This document shows positions 1 through 6,717 of a DNA stretch of 30,271 nt, piece after piece. The notes beneath the pieces are model-generated. The model was given only the letters and a program-made list of their open reading frames with translations, was not told the origin of the DNA and did not search any database. The stretch spans positions 1-30,271 of IMG/VR virus record IMGVR_UViG_3300024515_000033; one strand, written 5' to 3'. Origin of the DNA: a virus (lineage: Duplodnaviria > Caudoviricetes). Made by a program: the position numbers and the translations under genes. How positions within the stretch are numbered: the first letter of the stretch is position 1; the number at the start of each line of letters is the position of its first letter.

Positions 1-34
1 CCGGCGTGGCCCGATCTTTCTCTCGGACAGGGAT

Positions 35-63
35 AGAATGGCATAGTCAAGCCACCTTGTCAA
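35..63 (-). promoter_or_regulatory. Putative sigma70 promoter downstream of cro
   Basis: TTGACA (63-58), 17 nt, CATTCT (40-35); weak -10. Confidence 0.4.
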
Positions 64-285
64 CTACTGCTGCGGGACGATCTCAGCCACCATCTGCTCG
101 ACGGGGATGTAATCCACAGGATTGACCATCAGCGCCCCGTTTGTGATGACTTGGAGCTTGTATGCCACGCCCTCGGGAATCTGCCCCCGCTTTGCCCATT
201 GGCTGACTGCCTGACTCGTAATGCCCAATGCCTCTGCCAGTTTCCTGCGATTGCCGAAATGCTGCTCTGCCTGCTGAACTTTCAT
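64..285 (-). CDS. Cro-like HTH transcriptional regulator
   Basis: 73 aa with HTH pattern RKLAEALGITSQAVSQW..G.IP typical of Cro/YdaS family; AGGAG SD upstream; divergent from early genes. Confidence 0.85.
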   Translation of the reverse strand: MKVQQAEQHFGNRRKLAEALGITSQAVSQWAKRGQIPEGVAYKLQVITNGALMVNPVDYIPVEQMVAEIVPQQ

Positions 286-314
286 GCTGCCTCCTGTAAG
301 TTAACTTGCAAAGT

Positions 315-344
315 ATCGTATCCTGTGCAAAGCTATCTTGTCAA
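315..344 (-). promoter_or_regulatory. Putative leftward sigma70 promoter (cro)
   Basis: TTGACA (344-339), 18 nt, TACGAT (320-315). Confidence 0.6.
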
Positions 345-395
345 GCGGCGTTGCATTAGTTAACATTACTTTACAATTTTCCTTTGCAACAAGTG

Positions 396-424
396 TTGAC
401 AATGTGCAATTAGGTAAGTAAAGT
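396..424 (+). promoter_or_regulatory. Putative rightward early sigma70 promoter
   Basis: TTGACA (396-401), 17 nt, TAAAGT (419-424). Confidence 0.7.
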
Positions 425-466
425 CCGTCCTGTAGCACTTGATTGACAACAACAAAGGAGACACAA

Positions 467-775
467 ATGAACTACGCAAACCACATCGGATACAGCGATA
501 TCAACCCGTTTGAAGTTGTTCGCGTCATCAGCGACAAAACTCTTGAAATCCGCGCAATGGATGCCGAGCGCGACGAGTCGGTCAAGCTGGACTGGGTTGT
601 CGGCGGCTTCTCCGGCATCTGCATGAACCAGCGCGATCAAAACTGGTTTATCACCAGCAACGAACAAAACCGCGTTGTTCGCATTCGCCTTGGCAAACAA
701 GGATGGAAAGACGCAAACGGTCGTAAATATCAGCTTTCCGATGAGCCGGTTAAATTTTACGACTACAACTTCTAA
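467..775 (+). CDS. Hypothetical early protein (102 aa)
   Basis: ATG at 467 behind AAGGAG SD; start revised from ORF track. Confidence 0.8.
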   Translation: MNYANHIGYSDINPFEVVRVISDKTLEIRAMDAERDESVKLDWVVGGFSGICMNQRDQNWFITSNEQNRVVRIRLGKQGWKDANGRKYQLSDEPVKFYDYNF

Positions 776-783
776 GACCAAAT

Positions 784-799
784 GGGGGCGCAAGCCCCC
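784..799 (+). other. GC hairpin with GCAA tetraloop
   Basis: GGGGGC-GCAA-GCCCCC between two early genes; no U-tract. Confidence 0.7.
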
Positions 800-825
800 G
801 CTAATTGACAACAACAGGAGACACC

Positions 826-1032
826 ATGAACCTCTGCAAAGACTGTAAGCACTACAAGAAAAACGCCGACAACATCGAGGCATCCGAATGCACACGCAAG
901 CCGGAATTCTCGCCCATCAGCGGGAGTGTGCTGCCGACCTTCTGCAACATCGAACGCGCTCCTTGGGGAACGTGCAAACACGAAGGCATCCATTGGGCGC
1001 GTGCCGAAACCACAACGGCAATTGAATCATGA
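826..1032 (+). CDS. Small Cys-rich hypothetical protein (68 aa)
   Basis: ATG at 826 behind AGGAG; CKDC plus three further Cys. Confidence 0.75.
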   Translation: MNLCKDCKHYKKNADNIEASECTRKPEFSPISGSVLPTFCNIERAPWGTCKHEGIHWARAETTTAIES

Positions 1033-1103
1033 ACGGCGACCGCGCAGTAGCAATTGGCTTCACCATCATTTTTTTACTGATCGTTACGGGGGTACTAGCA
1101 TGA
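1029..1103 (+). CDS. 24-aa single-pass membrane peptide
   Basis: MNGDRAVAIGFTIIFLLIVTGVLA; ATGA overlaps with both neighbouring genes. Confidence 0.65.
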   Translation: MNGDRAVAIGFTIIFLLIVTGVLA

Positions 1104-1666
1104 GCGTCTACACAAAACTGATGCAGGCACGACTGTTCTTGCAAGCCACAAAGCTGAACAAATCAGGCGAAAACAAGTTTGCCGGTTACAAGTATTTCGA
1201 GCTAGGCGACTTCCTGCCAACGGTGCAAGAAATCTTTCACAACCTCAAGCTGTGCGGGGTAGTCAGTTACACCGCCGACATTGCTCGCCTGACTATCATC
1301 GACACCGAGGACGGATCGCAGCTTGAAATCACCTCGCCTATGGGGTCAGCCGCCCTCAAGGGATGCCACGAAGTCCAAAATATCGGGGCAGTCGAGACTT
1401 ATCAGCGCCGCTATCTGTGGGTCACGGCGATGGAGATCGTCGAGCATGATGTGCTGGATGCGACTAACGGCAAGGATGCCCCTCAGAAACGCTTAGAAAC
1501 GCTTGAGACGCATTTGCACGCTATCGCCACATCTCAAGCTGCGGATGCGCTGAAAACCGCCTACACGCTTGCCTACAAGGAAGCCAAGGAAGTCGGCGAC
1601 ACGGATGCAATGGCAAAAATTGTTGCTGCCAAGAACACGCGCAAAACGCACTTGGAGGAAGCATGA
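1100..1666 (+). CDS. erf: ERF-family single-strand annealing protein
   Basis: KSGENKFAGYKYFELGDF and IGAVETYQRRYL motifs of ERF superfamily; adjacent to exonuclease; start revised to 1100. Confidence 0.85.
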   Translation: MSVYTKLMQARLFLQATKLNKSGENKFAGYKYFELGDFLPTVQEIFHNLKLCGVVSYTADIARLTIIDTEDGSQLEITSPMGSAALKGCHEVQNIGAVETYQRRYLWVTAMEIVEHDVLDATNGKDAPQKRLETLETHLHAIATSQAADALKTAYTLAYKEAKEVGDTDAMAKIVAAKNTRKTHLEEA

Positions 1667-2277
1667 AAGTTTTGTCAATGCCGCAGGGCAGTCCCGAATG
1701 GCTTGCAGCGCGTGCCGGTAAAGTGACAGCCAGCAGGATCAGCGATGTTATGGCATCCAAGACCACAGCAGCTTATCGGGATTACAGGGCGCAAATTGTG
1801 GCTGAGATTCTGACAGGGCAACCGCAAGAATCCGGCTTCACCAATGCTGCAATGCAATGGGGAACTGACCAAGAAAAGTTTGCCCGCGTCGAGTACGAAC
1901 TCGCTTGCGATTGGACGGTGGACGAAATCGGAATCGTTCTGCATCCGACGATTGAGCGTGGCGCAGCTTCGCCGGATGGGTTGGTATCGACTAATGGCTT
2001 AGTGGAAATCAAGTGCCCCAAGACGGCTACGCACCTGCAAACGCTGATCGACAAAAAACAACCTCGCCAGTACGAAAATCAGATGCTGTGGCAAATGGCT
2101 TGCACCGGTCGGGAATGGTGCGACTTTGTATCCTACGATCCGCGATTGCCTGAAGATTTGCAATTGTTTGTTCACCGATTCGACCGCGATGAAAAACGCA
2201 TTGCGGAGATTGAAGCAGCAGTAAAGCAGTTCCTGTCCGAAGTAAATGAAATGATTGACAACATAAGGAAGAAATAA
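1663..2277 (+). CDS. YqaJ/lambda-exonuclease family protein
   Basis: QGSPEWLAARAGKVTAS, AASPDGLV, EIKCP, QMLWQM..TGREWCDFVSYDPR motifs. Confidence 0.92.
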   Translation: MKVLSMPQGSPEWLAARAGKVTASRISDVMASKTTAAYRDYRAQIVAEILTGQPQESGFTNAAMQWGTDQEKFARVEYELACDWTVDEIGIVLHPTIERGAASPDGLVSTNGLVEIKCPKTATHLQTLIDKKQPRQYENQMLWQMACTGREWCDFVSYDPRLPEDLQLFVHRFDRDEKRIAEIEAAVKQFLSEVNEMIDNIRKK

Positions 2278-2525
2278 TGGCTTACATACCGAAACCTGGC
2301 AGCTTCACGCTGTTCAAGAACGCCAAGAAAGAAACCGACAATCACCCTGATTACAGGGGCGATGGTTTGGACATGAACGGCGAACCTGTGTGGGTTAGTG
2401 CATGGATTAAAGAGGGCGCTAAAGGCAAGTTCATGTCTTGCAGTATGCAGCACAAAAACAAAGACCAGCCCAAACAAAAGAAAGCTGGCGATATGTCGGA
2501 CTTAGATAACGACATCCCTTTCTAG
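2277..2525 (+). CDS. Small ssDNA-binding-like protein with SSB-type acidic tail
   Basis: LFKN..K....PDY.G...WVSAW core; C-terminal DLDNDIPF; follows annealing and exonuclease genes. Confidence 0.7.
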   Translation: MAYIPKPGSFTLFKNAKKETDNHPDYRGDGLDMNGEPVWVSAWIKEGAKGKFMSCSMQHKNKDQPKQKKAGDMSDLDNDIPF

Positions 2526-2530
2526 TCAAC

Positions 2531-2599
2531 GGGGGAAAGCTGCTGCTGGCATGGGGTTGCGACTACGCGGCCGAGCGCAGTCAGCATAGTGAGTACCCC
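2531..2599 (+). ncRNA. Candidate structured RNA with loop-E-like motif
   Basis: Nested pairings GGGG/CCCC, GAA/AGUA, UGCUGGC/GUCAGCA and GGUUGCG-ACUA-CGCGGCC occupy most of the intergenic gap. Confidence 0.5.
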
Positions 2600-2618
2600 A
2601 CCAATTTGAGGAACAACA

Positions 2619-2927
2619 ATGGACTACGATTATTTTGGAAAAATTCGTGAATGGGCAAATGATCGCAACCTCGTCAAAGGTAGCACCCTGCAAGCGCAAG
2701 TGGTCAAGCTGCTTGAGGAATCCGGCGAACTTGCTGCTGGCGTTGCTCGCAAAGACATAGATCGCATCGTTGATTCAATTGGCGACATTATGGTCGTGTT
2801 GACCATCATTGCCGCGCAGATTGATATGCCAGTCGAAGAATGCCTCGATCTTGTGTGGCAGGAAATCCGTTACCGCAAAGGAAAGATGGTTGACGGCATC
2901 TTTGTGAAAGAAAACGACAATGGATGA
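2619..2927 (+). CDS. MazG-like nucleotide pyrophosphohydrolase
   Basis: KLLEESGELA...DSIGD metal-binding pattern; W..DRNL and I..RKGKMVDG.FVKE motifs. Confidence 0.85.
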   Translation: MDYDYFGKIREWANDRNLVKGSTLQAQVVKLLEESGELAAGVARKDIDRIVDSIGDIMVVLTIIAAQIDMPVEECLDLVWQEIRYRKGKMVDGIFVKENDNG

Positions 2928-3297
2928 AGAAGCGCAAACAGCAGCTTGCAGACAATTGCTTGCCAATGTCGTAAGCCTTGCGGTACTTGATGCCTGCCTA
3001 AAGCCGGTCAAACGCAAAGGCCCGGAGCGGCATAAGGTAGACGTAGCGCAAGACAAAGCCATCGATGCAATGATGTTTTTAATGGATGGCGCACAGCATT
3101 ATGTTGAAATGATCGGCATGGATGGCGAACGGTTCAAAAAGCAATTGATTAAATCCATGTATGACGATTCACCAAACTACTTTACCAACACCATCACAGC
3201 AGAGCAGCGTCGCAGTTTTAGATTCAATCTTTACTTTTGGCAAAACAACCCTGCACGCCGCAGGTTTTTACCGGAGGATGACGATGAGAATAGCTGA
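2920..3297 (+). CDS. Hypothetical protein
   Basis: 125-aa ORF overlapping neighbours in operon order. Confidence 0.7.
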   Translation: MDEEAQTAACRQLLANVVSLAVLDACLKPVKRKGPERHKVDVAQDKAIDAMMFLMDGAQHYVEMIGMDGERFKKQLIKSMYDDSPNYFTNTITAEQRRSFRFNLYFWQNNPARRRFLPEDDDENS

Positions 3298-3547
3298 CGC
3301 AATCAACTGGATGATGACTTACGACGCATTGCAGCCCGATCTGATAGACGTATCGAATTGGAAGCCACACGATCCGCGTCGATACGATGAAAAACGCAAA
3401 GGCTGCATTCAATATTTACGGGAGAGAAATCTCTACATCCTTGACGGGCATTTCACTCCTACCAAAGCCTCACACACCGACATAACCGTGATCTTCAACC
3501 GCGCTCGCCAGCAACAGGGCGAAACCTTGATACAGGTGGCAAAATGA
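3284..3547 (+). CDS. Hypothetical protein (87 aa)
   Basis: ATG at 3284 behind GGAGG; ATGA overlap with next gene. Confidence 0.7.
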   Translation: MRIADAINWMMTYDALQPDLIDVSNWKPHDPRRYDEKRKGCIQYLRERNLYILDGHFTPTKASHTDITVIFNRARQQQGETLIQVAK

Positions 3548-3801
3548 AAATGCTTTGCTTTGCAGTCATTATGCTTAGCGGCTGTGCATCGCTGCAAACC
3601 GCCAGCACTACCGTTCCCGAAGCCGTGTCTAGCTTACAGGTGGAAAAGGAAGTCCCACCGTTGTCCAGGCTGGAAGTTATCAACGGGATTGGCGAGTGCG
3701 AAAAAGCCGGAATGCGCCCCGTAGTCATCAGCACAAAGCGCAAGGTCAATAATCAGCTTGTTCCGTCTGTGGTGGATGTAACGTGCCTGCCCAAGCTCTG
3801 A
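3544..3801 (+). CDS. Putative lipoprotein
   Basis: MK + hydrophobic stretch + lipobox LSG|C. Confidence 0.7.
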   Translation: MKMLCFAVIMLSGCASLQTASTTVPEAVSSLQVEKEVPPLSRLEVINGIGECEKAGMRPVVISTKRKVNNQLVPSVVDVTCLPKL

Positions 3802-4193
3802 AACCCCGCGCCCGTCAGATCATCGCTGCCATGCGGGAAGTCTTAGCCCGCGACCTTGAAATGACTGGCTTCAACATAGCCGCAGTCTTGAATGAAGATG
3901 TGGGAACGATTGGCAGTTACTTAAACGGCATGGCAAAGGACGGCTTAGTGTTTCGCATGGGTCTTAGGCTGCAATACAACGGCAAAACACGGACGAAGCA
4001 TATGCTGTGGCGGCTCAATCACAAACTAATCAGGGAATTGGAAAATGGGTCAACCGCGACGATGGAGGATAAAGGGGCATCCAGCGCAATGCTCCAAGTG
4101 CAAAGCAATCAAGGAATCAGACCAGTTCAATTTGACAAAATACGGGACGCTCTCGTCTTGGTGCAAAGAGTGTCACCGCGTGCTGTGCCGTGA
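3783..4193 (+). CDS. Putative winged-helix DNA-binding protein
   Basis: MTGFNIAAVLNEDVGTIGSYLNGMAKDGLV followed by a beta-hairpin-like segment; GTG start. Confidence 0.5.
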   Translation: MPAQALKPRARQIIAAMREVLARDLEMTGFNIAAVLNEDVGTIGSYLNGMAKDGLVFRMGLRLQYNGKTRTKHMLWRLNHKLIRELENGSTATMEDKGASSAMLQVQSNQGIRPVQFDKIRDALVLVQRVSPRAVP

Positions 4194-4218
4194 AAACTAT
4201 CACAAGGGGAAAACATGA
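4045..4218 (+). CDS. 57-aa zinc-finger-like protein
   Basis: CSKC...WCKEC; not in ORF track; ATGA overlap with next gene. Confidence 0.65.
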   Translation: MGQPRRWRIKGHPAQCSKCKAIKESDQFNLTKYGTLSSWCKECHRVLCRENYHKGKT

Positions 4219-4391
4219 TCTTTTTCGGTGGCTTGTTTATGGTTGCAGTATCGTTTGGCGTGTTCGTGATGTTTGCTGATCCTATCAACGACAAACGCTT
4301 GTGGCTTGAGGATGCGTGTGCAGCTATGATGATGATGGGAGTAGGGATTGCGATTATTGGCGCTCTAACTTGGATTGGACAATTTTTATGA
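4215..4391 (+). CDS. 58-aa two-helix membrane protein
   Basis: MIFFGGLFMVAVSFGVFVMF...MMMMGVGIAIIGALTWIGQFL; ATGA overlaps on both sides. Confidence 0.7.
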   Translation: MIFFGGLFMVAVSFGVFVMFADPINDKRLWLEDACAAMMMMGVGIAIIGALTWIGQFL

Positions 4392-4567
4392 AAGACTATT
4401 CAGAAAGCATCCTTGAAGTGGACAGGATTCGCAAAGCCATCCACACCGCTGCATTGTCGCAACAATGGTGGAAAGCCGACGCGCTTACCAATGATCTGTT
4501 GGTGGCGGTTTCGGAATTGAAAGTCGATCTTTACAAACGCAAAAGGGAAACTGATGGAAAACTATGA
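4388..4567 (+). CDS. Hypothetical protein (59 aa)
   Basis: Start revised to MKDYSE via ATGA overlap. Confidence 0.65.
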   Translation: MKDYSESILEVDRIRKAIHTAALSQQWWKADALTNDLLVAVSELKVDLYKRKRETDGKL

Positions 4568-4724
4568 GCGTTGCAAGGTTTGTGATGTGGCTTTCAAGAC
4601 GGGCGACAAGGTTATGTGGTGCAAGGTTAAGACTTGCCCTGAGACTGAACAGCGGGAAATGAGTGAGCAGCAATACCGCTGGATCATGCACAAAAAAGCC
4701 GCGCCTCATCAGTTCGACGCTTAA
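4554..4724 (+). CDS. 56-aa Cys-containing hypothetical protein
   Basis: MENYERCKVC...WCKVKTCP; purine-rich SD upstream; not in ORF track. Confidence 0.6.
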   Translation: MENYERCKVCDVAFKTGDKVMWCKVKTCPETEQREMSEQQYRWIMHKKAAPHQFDA

Positions 4725-5157
4725 CCAATCCTGGCAGAACTTTACCCCCTGCCTTGGTGAATTTCATGAATTCAGCCGCAGCAGCTTCATAATCCCGGCG
4801 CAGCACCTTTTGACGGAGGGTGCTGCGCTGTAGTGTTCCCAAACCAAGATTAAAAGCAAAACAGACAAGAGCATCGAATTTAGATTGAGTAAGCTCGCCG
4901 CAATACTGGGTAACGCCGCGCTCAAATCGTTCAAGATCGCTTGCAAGAATTGCATCCACTTCCTCCTTGCTCCACACCCGATTGTCTGCGGGATGTAAGT
5001 CTACTTTCAACCGGTCAGCCATCGTCAGCTTAGCGTGATCGGGATACATGACATGGCCTACCCCAACCGTCCACAAGTTAGCCGGGCATCGGTAAGGCTT
5101 ATATCTTACGCCCTCATGGTGTGCAATCATCTTGATGCACAGCGGCGAGACTTTCAT
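4684..5157 (-). CDS. Endolysin, GH24 lysozyme
   Basis: HEG...PYRCPANLWTVGVGH gives E-x8-C-x5-T triad; FAFNLG, STL and GLVKRR.DE motifs. Confidence 0.95.
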   Translation of the reverse strand: MKVSPLCIKMIAHHEGVRYKPYRCPANLWTVGVGHVMYPDHAKLTMADRLKVDLHPADNRVWSKEEVDAILASDLERFERGVTQYCGELTQSKFDALVCFAFNLGLGTLQRSTLRQKVLRRDYEAAAAEFMKFTKAGGKVLPGLVKRRTDEARLFCA

Positions 5158-5678
5158 CGCTTGAATGCCTGCCCGCCAAAGTAAAAAGCAATGATGCTAC
5201 TGAAAATGATCTGCGAATCATCATCCCAAAGGTTATTCAGCGCCACATCAAACGCCACGCCCGTTTTGAAGGCGTACAAAAAGCCAAACACATCCACAAA
5301 CACCAGCAGTAAAAACATCCCATAGGCGATGCCAGGACGCACCATAGCGCGAGCATTGATTACCCATTGACTTGCACCTTTGGCGCTCTCAGTATCGTGC
5401 TGTAGCAACGCCACCTTCTCGGTTACGGCTATCTGCTGCGATTGGACGGCCAATTCCTCAGTCCGGCTTTGCGCCTGCACCTTGATCTGCTCAGTCTTAA
5501 TTTCCTCGATTTGCTTCTCAATCTCAAAACCGGCTTTCCTAAGTTCCAATTCCCGTTCAATTTGCATCTGCGCTAGAGCGAGTTCGTGTTTCTTATCGGC
5601 GCGGTCTTGGAAAAATGACAAGATAGACGGCAACCCGCCCATGAGGAATGACAGCGAACTAGAGATAAGAGATAGCAT
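5154..5678 (-). CDS. Putative holin (3TM/GTA-type)
   Basis: Hydrophobic N-terminus, coiled coil, VRP + TM, C-terminal FYFG; directly upstream of endolysin; start revised to MLSLISS. Confidence 0.65.
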   Translation of the reverse strand: MLSLISSSLSFLMGGLPSILSFFQDRADKKHELALAQMQIERELELRKAGFEIEKQIEEIKTEQIKVQAQSRTEELAVQSQQIAVTEKVALLQHDTESAKGASQWVINARAMVRPGIAYGMFLLLVFVDVFGFLYAFKTGVAFDVALNNLWDDDSQIIFSSIIAFYFGGQAFKR

Positions 5679-5679
5679 T

Positions 5680-6213
5680 TCAGCCCCTAAAGTAAATGGC
5701 AACACCAACCGTGATGCAGCCAATCAATACGAATACGACAATCCCCGCCATCATCAGCAATTCTTCTTGCTCTTGTTTCTTCCTAGCGGCGCGGTCTTTA
5801 GCTAACCTGGCTTTGCGGATAGCTTCCCTAGCGGCTTCATCTTGCTCGCCAACGATGCGTTGCCGCTCGGCGCACAGTTCGTGATACAGGTCTAGCTCGC
5901 CCTTGAGCGTGAACATATCGCGCAGTTCTTGCTCAAACTCGCGCATCTGCTTGCGCTGCATGACAATGGTGAAAGCCTGTGACAGCGCCGATTCATGCTG
6001 TTCGGCTTCCTTTGGATCGTCAGGCTTTGGTGCTGCCTTTGCCGCTTCGACTTGCTTGGCGGCTTTTTCTATCTGACCTTGGGCAGTAAAGAATTGGGAA
6101 AGCTCTCCGTAACAATCACGGATTTCCTTGCCCATATTGATCGCCTCTTTGACGAAGGCGACCGAAGTCTTAGCTACAGCAAACGCTGCTCCAATCGTTA
6201 CGGGGTCGATCAT
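5680..6213 (-). CDS. Lysis-region coiled-coil protein with C-terminal TM helix
   Basis: 177 aa; MIDPVT start; charged helices; C-terminal hydrophobic segment. Confidence 0.7.
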   Translation of the reverse strand: MIDPVTIGAAFAVAKTSVAFVKEAINMGKEIRDCYGELSQFFTAQGQIEKAAKQVEAAKAAPKPDDPKEAEQHESALSQAFTIVMQRKQMREFEQELRDMFTLKGELDLYHELCAERQRIVGEQDEAAREAIRKARLAKDRAARKKQEQEELLMMAGIVVFVLIGCITVGVAIYFRG

Positions 6214-6217
6214 TCAT

Positions 6218-6379
6218 TTAGCCCCCTGTTTTTGTTACCAAGTGCAGCAACAAAAGAATGATAGCGCCAGCGCAGGCAATACCGATGCTTTCTATGCGCT
6301 TGATCCGAAGGATGGTTTCTTTCCATCGCTCCGCGCAAACGGCTTCATGCGCTAGGAATTTTGCCGATAGGTCATCCAT
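6218..6379 (-). CDS. 53-aa single-TM lysis-region protein (holin/XhlA-like)
   Basis: MDDLSAKFLAHEAVCAERWKETILRIKRIESIGIACAGAIILLLLHLVTKTGG; fills the gap; not in ORF track. Confidence 0.7.
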   Translation of the reverse strand: MDDLSAKFLAHEAVCAERWKETILRIKRIESIGIACAGAIILLLLHLVTKTGG

Positions 6380-6710
6380 TGGCCTCTACCCATGATTGAG
6401 AATCTTCATCCCACCCGTAGACCTTGCCATCAGTCGGCATCGGAATTGGGGCTTCCCACCAGCAAGCATCATTCAGCACCCAAGACGCAAATGGCTTCGG
6501 AGGAATGAAAGCATCGCGCTGTTCGTCGTAGGTGTAACCGATTCCCGCATAGTTTTTTCGGATTCGTCCATTGTATGAAGTGCGTTTGCAAACCTGTTGA
6601 CGAATCTCACCATAGAATAATTCCCAATCATGCGTTAAATCCGTTTCATCTTTGCCCACGATGACTTCGGTCACAATGTTATTTTCATCAAGAAAAGCAT
6701 AATGTGCCAT
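6372..6710 (-). CDS. Tail-fibre-associated (assembly/chaperone-like) protein
   Basis: MAHYAFLDENN...RKNYAGIGYTYD...DAFIPPKPFASW pattern; follows Gly-rich fibre gene; start revised. Confidence 0.65.
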   Translation of the reverse strand: MAHYAFLDENNIVTEVIVGKDETDLTHDWELFYGEIRQQVCKRTSYNGRIRKNYAGIGYTYDEQRDAFIPPKPFASWVLNDACWWEAPIPMPTDGKVYGWDEDSQSWVEANG

Positions 6711-6717
6711 GTGCGCC

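Larger units (their letters stand above)
442..831 (+). repeat. Repeated gene leader ATTGACAACAACA(AA)GGAGACAC(AA/C)ATGAAC, copies at 442-472 and 804-831
   Basis: Direct near-identical repeats including SD and first two codons of two consecutive genes; ATTGACAACA core recurs at 2254-2263. Confidence 0.8.

Noticed and set aside
926-1099. 58-codon N-terminal extension of erf in the ORF track
   Set aside because: Overlaps two better-supported small genes; ATG at 1100 is favoured by the ATGA overlap
2531-2599. tRNA or intrinsic terminator
   Set aside because: No cloverleaf, T-loop or U-tract; kept only as an unassigned structured RNA
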